From contig NC_043013.1 in NCBI RefSeq assembly GCF_006345805.1, forward strand, positions 5,642,001 to 5,706,000: DNA of 64,000 bases, written 5' to 3'. The stretch comes from Octopus sinensis. Taxonomy: Eukaryota. Below are positions 10,368-23,123 of the stretch, one piece after another (position 1 is the first letter of the stretch; each line of letters opens with the position of its first letter). Under the pieces are notes generated by a model, which ran no database searches, was not told the DNA's origin, and was given only the letters and a program-made list of their open reading frames with translations. A program made the translations under genes and the position numbers.

Positions 10368-13150
10368 TGGGAAAAGGATGTAGTCAGATAAGTCATCTCC
10401 TGTTCATGGATGACTTAAAGCTTTATGCAAAAAAATGAGAAGTAACTGGAAAGCCTTGTGCATACCATTTACATTTTCTCAAATGACATAGGTATGGAAC
10501 CTGGGCTGGAACTGTGCACTGTTTTGATAATGAAACAGAGAAGATTTGAAGGCAGACAGGGAGTCGAAATGTCAAATGGGCAAACAACAAAATCACTTGA
10601 GAAAGGACAGTGGTATAAGTATTTGGGAATACAGGCAGATGAAACAAAACATGAAGAGATGAAATAAATTGCAAGTAGGGGATAGACAAGGGGAGTAAGT
10701 ATGAAATTTGTAGTAAGGTGTATGGTAAACTTTGACAGCTGCTCATTTTGTGCCATTATTATATTTTGACAATCTTTATTTTTTGTTAGAAAGTTGACAC
10801 ATCTATTTCTTTACTCTAACTCATTTTGCACTTTATAAAGTACTTATAAATTGTTTTTTGGTATTTTTGTTTAGAGATGGATAAGTTGGAAATTTGTACA
10901 GTTTTGAAATATGAGTTCTTTCTTGGAAATACAGCATCACAGGCAGCTCAGAATATTAATGGAATATTTCATTATAATGTTATTACACGGCAGACAGTAT
11001 CAAATTGGTTTGCAAAATTTCTTTCTGGTAATTTTGACATCACAAATGAACAATGCAACTGACCAGAACAAAGGTGGATAATGATAAACTGAAAGCCACC
11101 GTCGAGTCAGATCCATCTCAAAGTGCCTGTGAATTATCAGTGTTGTTTGATGTTAGCAAGCAAACAATATTGACTCACCTAGTTCAAATCAGTAAAGTGA
11201 AAATGTTGGCTAAGTGGGTTCTACATGAACTCAATAGAAATCAGAAACAGCAACGTTTGGAAGCTTGCATTATGCTACTTTCTTGTCATAAAAATGAATC
11301 AATTTTGAATTGAATTGTAATATGTGATAAGAAATGGATCCAATACAATAACTGTAAACGTTCAGCACAATGGTTGGACAAAGATGAGCCACCAAAACAC
11401 AGTCCAAAAAGCAAAATCCATTAAAAGAAGCCGATAGTGTGTGTTTGGTGGTCTGGCGCAGGTGTGATCCATTATGATTTCATTAAACCTGGCTCATCAT
11501 TAAACCTGCAGCCAACTGGACCAAATGATGCAGAAACTTACAAAAAATAGCCTAGATTAGTCAAAGGATCCACTCCTTTTTTATTGCAAGACAACGCCAG
11601 ATCACACATCACAAAAATGACTTAGGCGAAACTACAGGAGTTAGAGTTGGAAGTTCTTCATCATCCACTATACTCACCTGATCTTGCTTCCACTGTCTAC
11701 CACTTCATCCAGAATCTGGATAACTTTTTGATAGGAAAAAAATTCAATTCTGATGATGTTGTAAAACAGGCCTTCCAAGATTTTATTGACTCTAGATTGC
11801 CAGGTTTTTACAGTTCTGGGCTGGACAAGCTACTGCTGAAATGGCAGATGTGTATTGATGATATGGGTGCATACTTTGATGAATAAAACTTTTTTTCTTT
11901 TCTACAAATTTTATATTTGACAACCTAATATTATAGTCAAGGTTGAATTCAAGAAATGTTATTGAAACAATAAATGCAGGAGTGGTGCTGGTAATCAGAT
12001 GTGGAGTTGGAATTGTGAACTGGGCAAAAGATGAAATGCAGATGTGACAGAAAAACTAGAAAGCTGTTGACTATGTTTGGAGCTTAGCATTCAAAAGATG
12101 ATATCAACTGGTTGCACTTGAAGAGAGACCAGGATGGAAGAAGCTAAACTAATGTGGAACAGTGTGAGTGGATGGAATGAAATAGCTTACTTAATTATTT
12201 ACAGGAAACTTGCTAAAGGCAGTGAATAAAGAACATGTGATCAAGACTGGAAAAGGAGAAATGATAAAAATGGAATTCAAAGAAAGCATTTTAAACAGAA
12301 TGAAGAGAAATCATTGTCTGGTCAGTTTTGGAAAGCCATTGAGGATGAATGTGGAACAAAATCCTGTTTGGCTCAAAGAAAGGCAATTGAAAAAAGAAAC
12401 AGAGAGCCTTTTTATAGCTGCTCAAGATCATGCACTGCAAACTAAAAATTTGTGAAAAAATGTGTATGGAGAGAATGTGTTGGTAAAATGTAGAGTTTGT
12501 GGAATTTGGGATGAAACAATGGCACATGTTGTTGCAGAATGCCTCAATTAAGTCCAAGGAGAATGGGAAAAATGGAGGAATGATCAAGTGGTAAATGTTT
12601 TTCAATGGAAGCTTTGTGAAAATAATGAGTTTGAAGCAGGAAGTATATGATGCAATCACTAAATAGAAAGAGTACTTGAGTCGGAAACATGCAAGATTTT
12701 GTGGGATTTTCCCATTCAAATGGATAAGATGATGGTGCATAAAAAGCAAGATACAACAGTAACAGACAAGGGAAATAGAATTTGCTTACTAATTGATCCA
12801 CCATGTCCATTTGATACTAGGATTGTGAAGAAAGCAGATGAAGAGTTGAAAAAGAACAATCCCCTAAAATTTGAGATTATAACAATTTGGGAACATGAAA
12901 TCTGTAAAGATTGTACCTGTAGTAATTGATGCATTAGGGACTATGAATGATGAAATAGATAAATGGATAAAGGAGATTGGAATGGAATATCTTGTAGAGC
13001 CTCAACTGAAAGTTTGCTTTTTAGGAACAGAAAATATCATCAGAAAGGTTTTGAGCGCTTGATGGCTCATTGAAATCATATAGATATCTAAGGATAGAGG
13101 GAGTAACCTGCAACTCAGATAAAGTCTTCTTGGAATAAGACAAGCCTTGA
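10368..13150 (+). mobile_element. R4/Dong-like (RLE-endonuclease) non-LTR retrotransposon, 5'-truncated, degenerate, interrupted by a mariner
   Basis: RT motif HLLFMDDLKLY (FMDD 10403-10414) and FSNDIGM..YKYLGI. Resumes at 11931 with SRLNSRNVIETIN..DRKTRKLLTMFGA, a CCHC knuckle remnant (CRVCG..AHVVAEC) and an RLE region (KILWDFPIQ..LLIDPPCPFD). ORF ends at 13062. Starts next to a (TAA)3 run. Confidence 0.85.
10700..11928 (+). mobile_element. Mariner (DD34D) transposon, full-length but dead
   Basis: Transposase 10877-11886 with WVLHEL, D..WIQY, LLQDNA and HPLYSPDLA motifs, plus frameshifts and stops. Right TIR ...TTTGACAACCTAA|TA; the left TIR lacks about 15 outer nt. Confidence 0.9.
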
Positions 13151-13789
13151 GTCGTCGTCGTCATCATCATCATCATCATCATCCATTTAATGTCCGTTTT
13201 CCATGCTAGCATGGGTTGGACGGTTCAACTGGGGTCTGGGAAGCCAGAAGGCCGCGCCAGGCCCAGTCTGATCTGGCAGTGTTTCTACAACTGGATGCAC
13301 TTCCGTGAGTGTAGTGGGTGTTTTTTACGTGCCACCTGCACAGGTGCCAGACAAGGCTGGCAAATGGCCACGATCGGATGGCACGGGGGCCAGACGAGCA
13401 ATAATAATAATAATAATAAATATAAATAAAAAGCCATGCAGTTCCTCTGTAGCAAGGAACCTGTTCTAACCCCTTCTTTCATCTTCTAGTATAAAGCAAC
13501 CTTCCTCTCTACTGTAACCCTTCTCAGTTGAAGAGGATCTTCATCTTGTGAATTACATGGCAATCTCACTAGGGCCGGTACATTCTCTGGTACATTCTGT
13601 AAAGTAGTTGGAGTTAGGATAAGCATACAGCCAGAGAAACCATGCGAAAACAGACATTGGAGAATGATGCTATCCTTGGACCTGTCAGATCCTGTCAACC
13701 ATCCAATACAAACCATCATGGAAGATGGATGTTAAAAGATAAATGAATGACGAAGAAGTGGGGGTGAAACAGAAGAGGATTGCTGCTAA

Positions 13790-14140
13790 TTGTTCATTTG
13801 TGAGTTCAGTGTGGCTGAGAAGTTTTGTTCTGTTAGAGAAGTATTTGTCAGAGACCATGCATTAATACTTATTTTTACCAGGGTTGTGGTTTGTGGGCCT
13901 CCCTTCTGGTTTCTGTTATAGATATTTGTAACGATTTAATCACCTTGGAGCCATCTCTATGCAGACCTGTCTCAAGCAAGATCCTCCCTTGAATTTGGGG
14001 TGATCTTACAGTCTTTTAAGGTTACTTTCAGTGCACCTTTGAATATTTGATATGGTGTACCAAACCAAGACTGTGTCTTTAATTTACAAGCTCAGAATAG
14101 AAGATGGGACTTGACTGGTACTTTATATTGCCGACCCTGG
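13790..14140 (-). mobile_element. Degenerate RTE (BovB-like) LINE 3' end
   Basis: Minus strand PIFYSEL...ALKVTLKDCKITPNSREDLA*DRSA*R...C..DKYFSNRTKLLSH matches the RTE C-terminal pattern with a C2H2-like end. Confidence 0.6.
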
Positions 14141-14203
14141 GGAAAAAGGTCAGCTGGAAACGTTAGACTGAAGTAAATCAAGAAGAGAGAGGGAGAGAGG
14201 GAG

Positions 14204-14255
<52 letters not shown>

Positions 14256-14333
14256 AAACACAAGGAGTTGTATGATAGCTTGAACGTAAATCGCTGCAGA
14301 CTACATATACAAACATATATGTGATATATATAT

Positions 14334-14712
14334 GGCTGTGTGGTAAGTAGCTTGTCTACCAACCACATGGTTCCGGGTTCAGTCCCACTGCGTGGCACCT
14401 TGGGCAAGTGTCTTCTGCTATAGCCTCGGACCGACCAAATCCTTGTGAGTGGATTTGGTAGACGGAAACTGAAAGAAGCCCGTCGTATATATGTATATAT
14501 ATGTATGTGCGTGTATGTTTGTGTGTTTGTCCCCCTAGCATTGCTTGACAACCGATGCTAGTGTGTTTACGTCCCCGTTACTTAGCGGTTCGGCAAAAGA
14601 GACCAATAGAATAAGTACTGGGCTTACAAAGAATAAGTCCCGGGGTCGAGTTGCTCGATTAAAGGCGGTGCTCCAGCATGGCCGCAGTCAAATGACTGAA
14701 ACAAGTAAAAGA
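14334..14712 (+). mobile_element. SINE family A (young copy, immediately upstream of the PIP4P promoter)
   Basis: Near-identical to 245-660. Confidence 0.85.
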
Positions 14713-14715
14713 GTA

Positions 14716-14754
<39 letters not shown>

Positions 14755-14825
14755 CACACACATACATAAATATACATACATGTATATACGCACACAGATA
14801 GAGAAGAGTGAGTGAGCGGTGTTAA

Positions 14826-14835
14826 ATCACGTGAG
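14826..14835. promoter_or_regulatory. Palindromic E-box ATCACGTGAG (CLEAR-like, MiT/TFE-type) upstream of the PIP4P ATG
   Basis: TCACGTGA at 14827-14834, 8/10 match to GTCACGTGAC, about 60 bp upstream of the ATG in CpG-containing unique sequence. Confidence 0.55.
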
Positions 14836-14896
14836 TAATTCGTATGGCAGGAGGAGATAATTCTGTTGGTGTAGCGCCACATGCGAGGGTTTGATT

Positions 14897-14999
14897 ATGG
14901 CGGACGGGCAACAGAGCGAACGGGCACCTTTGCTCCTTAATAGCAGAGCAAACGACCCATCCCCACAGACACCTTCGCCTTACCAAGATAATGTCCCAG
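14897..14999 (+). CDS. PIP4P (TMEM55): PIP4P/TMEM55 coding exon 1 ([34 protein letters not shown] + 1 nt)
   Basis: ATG in strong Kozak context (attATGG). The N-terminus resembles vertebrate TMEM55A/B (MAADG..ERSPLL...PPY). Ends at CAG|GTTAGT donor in phase 1, matching the phase of exon 2. Not in the ORF track. Confidence 0.9.
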
Positions 15000-15289
15000 G
15001 TTAGTTCCAAAAACCTTTCGTTTGCTTTATTATTATTTTATTATTTGTTTCTTTGTATCTTCCATTCTGGGTTTTATTTATTTTTTCCCTTCTGTTGTGT
15101 CTGCGCGATTTTATTTCTCTTTAATTGGCCTCAAATCTCTTCGAAAGAATTCTGGTCGATAGATTCACAAATAAATAAGATGGGATATATTAGAGTAATA
15201 ATAATAGTAGTAGTACATCTTCGTCTAATCTTTTTTTTTATATTATTAGCATGTTTATCAACTAACCATACATACGCATTCATTCATAT

Positions 15290-15301
15290 ATACACATACA
15301 T

Positions 15302-15339
<38 letters not shown>

Positions 15340-15546
15340 ATATATATATATATATATACACATACATTATATATATATGTGTGTGTATATGTATATATAT
15401 ATATACACGCATTTTATATATATATATATATGTGTGTGTGTGTATATATATATATATACACATACATTATATATATGTGTGTGTGTATATATATATATAT
15501 ACACATACATTATATATATATGTATGTGTATATGTATATATATATA

Positions 15547-15589
<43 letters not shown>

Positions 15590-16483
15590 ATTATATATAT
15601 GTATGTGTATATGTATATATATATATATATGTGTGTGTGTATGTTGTATATATATATATACACACACATTTTATATATATATATACACACATACATTTAT
15701 ATATATATATATATATACACACATTTTATATATATATACACACATACATTTTATATATATATATATATATAATGTATGTGTATATATATCGCATAGTTAC
15801 CCTGACTGTGTGAATTGTTTCTAATTAAATATTACAGATTGTCATATTGAAACGAGTGTATAATTAATTGTTTTAGCCGTTGAATTATTCTTTTTGGACC
15901 ACAACTAAAAATGAATGGTTTTAATTAATTTCGTTTATCTTTGCCGCTTTTCGGTTTATTCCAAACGATTTTCAGTTATTATTATTATTATTATTTTGTT
16001 GTTATTTACATTTTCGTTTCGTTCTTTGCTCGACGAAGCTCTTAAAACTTCGTCACCGACCACAAGTAATATATATTAACACTGGCTGAACGAACAAAAG
16101 TAGCACTCAATACATGTGTATATCTTTATATGCGTGTGCTGTCAATTACTATCGTGAAATTTTTTGTTTGTAATTGATGATGTTAAGGGGATGTGTGTGT
16201 GTCTGTGTGTATATAATAATAATGAAATTATTGTATACAGTGCTCAGGTACACCACAATGTATGTGTCTATATAGATATATATGTACGCGTGTGCGTATG
16301 TATGTGTATATGTAGATATATATACGCGTGTGTGCGTATGTATGTGTATATGTACATATATATACGCGTGTGTGTACGTATGTGTGTATATAGATATATA
16401 TACGTGTGTATGTATGTGTATATGTAGATATATATACGCGTGTGTGTGTTTGTATGTGTATATATAGGTATATACGTGTGTGC

Positions 16484-16519
<36 letters not shown>

Positions 16520-16536
16520 GCGTGTGTATGTGTGTG

Positions 16537-16568
<32 letters not shown>

Positions 16569-16640
16569 TATAGTGAGTATATGGACGGGTACGCTACATG
16601 TATATGTATAATTCATATTTGCATGTGTATATAAATCTAT
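15290..16640. repeat. Two compound (TA)/(TG)/(CA) arrays at the start of intron 1
   Basis: 15290-15790 has a repeated TACACATACATTATATAT..GTGTG unit; 16260-16640 has a repeated TATACGCGTGTG unit. Confidence 0.85.
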
Positions 16641-19600
16641 GTTATATATTGCCTGTGTGTGTGTGTGACTATATCTCCTATATAAATGGAAATGACAGCT
16701 CTGCTATAACATTATTACTGCTTTTTAAATTTTCTAATATTTTAAACATTAATAATCAATAACACGAATGTGATGAAGAATTCATATCAATTTGGTGTAC
16801 ATACATTATACATTCGCAGATTTTCGGGGGTTTTTTTTAAAGTCAAATTTCAGTAATCACAATTCAAATATACATCAAGCTAAACCATTTTATTTACGTT
16901 CAAATATCACTATTTTCGCCTGAAAAGTATTTAATTTCATTGCTGTCATCATTATTTGTTCAGTTGATATGAATATAGATTACATATATACACATTCTGT
17001 ATATCTACACACACACACACACGTAATGTATGTGTATGAGATTGTGCATATATATACATATACACACAATAAGGATAGGTAATGTGTGTCGTGTCTGCTG
17101 TGTGTATAGTTTAGTTAGTAGGAAGAAAGGTTGTACAAATAAGAGAATAACTATACACAGGGATTAAATGATGTCCCATCTAACCTTTCAACAGAATTGT
17201 ATTATATTTTGAAATAAATTGCGCACACACATCCACACATATTGATTTAAATACTCAACATGGAATGAAAGAGATAGTCATGCCTTTTCTCTGGAGTGGA
17301 CTTATTCAGAGAGAAAGAAAGAGAGAGTGAGGACAAGGAGAATTGAGTGAGTGGCCCCTTTTGGGTCAAACTGCTCCTTGTTAACTAATTAACAACACAA
17401 ACCATTCAGTTGTTTTATATAGGCAACGAAATTCAACCATTGTTTCGTTTTTTTACCTTTATAACAACAAAACATGGCCTCATTCTTTCACTTTCCTCCT
17501 CTCTCTCCCTATATGTATATACACCTCTGCCTCTCTACCACGCACTCGCGCAGAAATATAATTGTATAATTGTTGAAATTATGGTTAAATAACAATCTCC
17601 TCTCATCTTTCACAATCGCCAATATCTATTTTCTCAAATACAGCATATTTTATAAATAATGTGAACGGACATGTAAGTTTGAATGTCTGAAACTATTTGC
17701 TGTGTAGAGTCTGTCTATGAAGCATTGCTCCAGGAATGTTAATGTTATATTTTCATACCATTTAGTTTATTAAAAATGCACGTAAATTAAAAGAAATCAA
17801 ATGAAACCCTAATTTGCTTTCAAAATACATTTTTTTAAATGAAAGGTGATGCGGAAGAATGGCACATGCTGTTGCTTTCTCTGTGTACGAGTCGCAGATT
17901 TCAAGTGTTTAAATTTTCTGGTATTTTTTTTTTAATATCGCAGACCACTTTCGTTTTCTAGTGTTTTCTACAGAAACGGTCGGGATCTTTGCATCAGTCG
18001 CTGCTCCTCTCTCTCTCTCTTTCATTATCATCCAACGATGTTCACTTTAGATAGAGAACTCGCGTCTCCACACCAAATTCCTGGATATCGATTTTTTTTT
18101 TATGTCTTTAAAAAATATAGGGCAGAACGATCCAACATTGTTTTAGTGATGCTGTCCCAGTAATCCACCCACCTCCTGACGAAACGATGAAGGACAATAA
18201 ATAAATAATAATTTCCACCCACTCCCGTCCCTAGATAGCATTTGTAATCAGAACTTGGTGTATCGATCGATTTACTAAATAGAAACACAGACGATGATGT
18301 CGTTTAATCCCCAAGCCAGCCCTCTCTGAAAAAACTTATGATGAAAAGCATTCTAGCCATGACCATCCTGTTTTCCCCCGGAGATAATGTATTTAGAACT
18401 ATAATACGCAATGTGTCTGTCCTTTTTAATATATGAGTAAGATATTTGAAATGAGGTATTTGGCAGCTATTTCTAGCAGGTCAAGTGACTACGAAGGAGC
18501 CTTTTTGATGGCTCGTATCTGTCTGACACGCATAATCGATTGGATCGAATCCCTACATATTATTGCTACTTATTTGTAATGAGAGATAAAATCTAAAATC
18601 TGTATTGAGATTGAACTCGTGTCTGTAAACAATGAAGACAAATGTGATGTCTACGGGACCATCACCCAATGTCGATTCTGAATTCCTTAATTTGGCATAG
18701 ACACCGACCCTTCATCTCCCCGCCATTTCTGTGGTAAACTTTCATTAAAATTTCTTATTGTCTCTTTGTTAAAAAGACACATGTTACTTTTACGCTTCCC
18801 GGAATCCTGTGGCCTTGCTACAAATAGCAACCAAATCTCCCTCAAATAACACCATACTATTTTACATAAGGACGTATTGGATAGCGTAGTCCTTCCACGG
18901 ATGGAATATTTTTGATTTTAGGTCGACTCTACTCGAGCAGGGTTGACCTGAGGCTATAACTAAAAACACTATCTCGAGGTGTTTTCTCCTGCAACTTCGT
19001 CACTCAGGGATGTTGTTGTTTAGATCCAAGTCATCCTTGATTAAAGATGTTCCAGATGTGACCGCTTCTCCTCAAGCTACCATATCTAAGGACTACATCA
19101 TTATGCATTGTGTCCTTCCTTTCCTAGACAGTATTGTGTTTAAGAGAGATTTGACTGTTATTTCTGCTATACCGGAACTGTTCCGTTGTTACCTCGTATT
19201 CTCTATCAATATGATTTAAACCCGATAATGGATTAATCAGGTCTTAAACTAGAAATACCATTTACTCTACGAAACATTGTTTTGTCATGGTCCTGTCGAA
19301 GCTCCTTTTGTTTTCGGAATGGAGTGTTATCAAACGTTTGTTTTTTGCTTTGTCATTAAGCAAGCAGTTCTTTTCGCAGTTGACCCCAAAATTTCGCACA
19401 CTGACGCCCGCTGTTTTTTATGTATTTATTACTTTTTCGTTTAATATTTCATATTATGACAGCAGAGCAGGAAATGACACCTGATGAATTTCTCCCCTTC
19501 GTGACAGCAATTAAAACCCTTCCATGCAGCAGGCAAGTAGGCAACCTGTAAGGGAGAGGGCTCCTCGTCCAACACCTCAGCCAAGCTCCAGACCCAGTCT

Positions 19601-22600
19601 GTATGTGCCTATTTGGCTACTATTTCTAGCAAATTAAATGATCCTCTCTAAGCAGCTCCCTTAAACGTCTCGGTCATGTATTTATTTATCTCTTCGGCCA
19701 CACTCGGTAATGTATTTGTATGTGTCTGGTTTATTCCATTCACCTACACACTCAATCCACTTAGCATTACCGATGGAATGACTCATTCTTGGAAAAGTCG
19801 AAATATCCTGGGACACCTCTTTTAAAAACATAACAAAAGCCAAGAGCAATAAAACGGTTTCAGCAAACGATACATTTCCTTCCCTTGTCCCACTTTGCCC
19901 TCTCCCGAACCTGCATTTCTCGACTTATTCCCTAATGTTTAGTTTCTCGGTGTTTACCCCAAAGAAAATTCCGTTACGGAAACAAAGAACAGAGAGGTTG
20001 TGTTAGAGGAATTGCCACTTTGTTTGCCGTTGCTGTTGTTTAGCTTTAGATCAATCCTATTATTGAATTTATTCCAGGCGTGACTCTCACGGCTTTTACC
20101 GTACGTGCCCTTCCTTCAGTAAGTCAGGAGCGTGCAATTCAAGGGAGATTTAGCTATCATTTCTAGTATTTAGCAGGTCAAATGACGACGTAGAAATTCT
20201 TCGTTGTTCGCATGACGTTTTTGTCTTTATTTTATTAGCATAAGTAATGCGAGTTGTTTTCAACCAGGATCTGAAAGTCCATCGTGTGATCATGCTTGCA
20301 GGGAACTCTGTTTTAATTAAATATTCTCAATGGTTTCTTAACTACGCATTTATGTGTAGGAGGAAAGAGCTGATTGCACCGACCTCAATACTTCTCCAAC
20401 ACAAGAAAATATTGTGCAGTTGTTACCCTGCTAGAAAATAGTCACATCTCCCTCAAGTTAAAGAAAGAAGTCGCATTGCAGGGCTGCCATAGCAGTATGG
20501 GTACTCGGTATCGACAGTAAGCCACAGCATTCATAGATCGAAATTGAGCTCCTGGACCCCTGAGGCTTCCGGGTAACCGCCCAGTATGCCCATTCCTTAA
20601 GATGGCTCTGGTGCATTAGATAAGACGAGATGATCGCGACTAGAATGCTATTTAATCATAAGTCTACTAAAGCAGATTTGACACAGGGCTAAACAGCAGG
20701 GACTGCTTGTTTATTTTAATGTGTCCAAAGATGAAAGTTTGTTGTCTATATCCGGCTGTTGTTTCATTTCGTAATGTTATACAAGAAGGCACTTACATCA
20801 TGCTGCCCTGCTCTGGGCGTCACGTATCAGAAATCTCCTCGTGACACAGATTATTTATTTTCTTTTATGAACTTTATTTACTTATTTTTTTGTTGTTCTG
20901 AATTAGGCCGCTATCGCAAGCCTAGGAGAGAAGGCTCTACCTACTTAGCCAAAAGGTTGGCTAGAAATAGCAGCCTAATCTCTCTCAAATCATACCCTTA
21001 CGTCTTAAAGGGCATATTGGATACTAGTTATCCATGATAGACATTAAGACGGGATGATCACCACTGAAATATCTTTGATCATAAATCTGCTGAATCAGCT
21101 CTGACCTGGGACTTAATAATAACCGTGGTCACTTGACCTAAAAATAGTAAACCAAGCGGTATGCAATATTCTAGGCCTGAACAAGAACAGGATCGTCAAT
21201 ACTGATATAGGTCTGACCGAGGGCTAAACGATGACAGTTTAGTTTTCATAGGACTAAATTTATTCTTCGATAGTTTCTGTCCTGTTCCTGGCTAATGATG
21301 GCAGTGGATCTCCGTCGTTTGACGAGGAGGATTCAGTTTATTCGAATTACTCCCCCTTGAATTAACGTGTGTGGACAAGCATTCTGCAGACACGTGTATA
21401 TCTACCTTTTAACGAAACTCTCAGGTAGAATCAGCGTGGCGGTGTGATATGGCTGTATCTTGGAATAATTGGTACAATCCACTTGACGGGATTCTGTAGT
21501 GCTCAAGTCCACTTGATTTCACCCGCAAGTTATAGGGAATGACATTTTCCCAAGTTTCTACGAATTGGGATCGAACGCGGGACCTTGCGACAGCGAGGTG
21601 ACCATAACCATTCGACCAAAGGGTATGCATTTGGCATACTACTACTACTACTATTAATCGTCATCGTCATGATTTCTGGTTTCGGCTAAAGCCTGCAGTT
21701 TTTAGGAAAGGAGGCTGGCCGACAGACACCATCGACCCTGTAGGGATCGATGTTGACCTTGGCGAAATTTGAACTTAGAACGTAGGAGAACCGGAAGAAA
21801 TACTGCAAGGCTTCTCTTTTGATGCTCTACCAATTCTTCCAGTTCACAGAATCTATTCGGCCCCTCTCTGCCTCTCTCGACCTTCACTTCCTTAATATAT
21901 CATCTTTACCGAGTCTCGGCATTGATTTTTCAATTAACTCTGTTTACTCTGCTATCATTAAGCGCAGACTTCGTCGTTTCCTTTTTGTTATTATTTGGCG
22001 GTGCTCTGGAAGAATCAGTGGTACATCCGTTGGATTGCCTTCTTATATATATTTATGGGTGTGTGTGTGTGTGACATTTTTTTTTTTTACATTCTGAGTT
22101 CTAATCCTGTCGAATTCCATCTTTCTCGAGTCAATAAAATAAAATACCAGACAATTACTAGGGACGATTTGATATTTCTAAAAACATCGGAAATGTCAAT
22201 GGAATTATATACGCTTCCACACACAGACACACACACACACACACACACACGCATAAATGGCTAAGACCTGCTCCATAACTTCTCTATATTCGGTCCCACT
22301 CAGGTCAGCTGGAGGCGATTTTATTCAGTTCTCACATTTCTGTTAATTATTGTCATAATCGCATCATTTTCGACTGGAGCAAGGAGACTGCATTTTCTCG
22401 GGACAAAAGGGTCGATCGAGGTTTTGACGGCTATCCTGATCCAGTTTAGAAAAACAAGGGGGCTTTCAAATATATATATAACGTAAACGTGTGTATGTGT
22501 AAACAATATACTGTTTATATTTTGTGTAATATCTCATTTCTCTGCGTGTGTGTGTTTACTTTTATTTTACCATACTGAAATATCCTGCACTACCCTTGTA

Positions 22601-22608
22601 TATAAATA

Positions 22609-23123
22609 CTAGCAGTATCGCCCGGCGTTGCTCGGGTTTGTAAGGGAAATAACTATATAAGCATTTTTAGAGAGTTACTTCCTTTATAGATGCCAATTCG
22701 GGCTTTCTTAGCCATTTCTGTTTTGGTGTCTTGAAGCCATGAAGTCGTTGTTCTAAAAGAACGCTGGTCTCCTTGACAACGCATTACGACGTTGATTTCC
22801 TTAAACTCCCTTCCCCACAGCTTCACGAGGGAGGGAAGAAGGGGGAGAAGCAAACACAGGTGCAGGTGTGAGCGTGGACGCCAACTCCGCCGCCATCGAC
22901 ACACGAAAAATTATGCATTAAAATGGAATAAAAAATGATGTTAAATTATTTTTTAAATCGTTGACTATTCGTAGACGTGCACTTATAGCCAGACGGGCTC
23001 GATATTAATCACGACTATAAGATACCCGAATTTGGTTAAACTGCACCGCAAAATGTGGGAGTAGTTAGGAATCTAAATCGAAGGGGACAGACACTCACAC
23101 AACTACAGTTTTATATATATAGA
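22609..23123 (-). mobile_element. Non-autonomous Helitron (young)
   Basis: On the minus strand it starts A|TC(TATATATATAAAA) and ends CTAG|T, with subterminal hairpin CCCGAGCAACGCCGGG (22621-22636). No TSD; CpG-rich. Confidence 0.8.

Noticed and set aside
14978-14986. Antisense splice donor TTG|GTAAGG inside PIP4P exon 1
   Set aside because: Explained by the conserved Pro-Tyr codons (CCT TAC); no independent support.
14991-16634. 277-aa and other YI/VC-rich ORFs
   Set aside because: Translations of (TA)n/(TG)n arrays inside intron 1.
21570-21630. tRNA-like sequence on the minus strand (GGTCGAATGGTT...GTTCGATCCC)
   Set aside because: Head of a diverged SINE B copy that continues into the SINE body; no proper acceptor stem seen.
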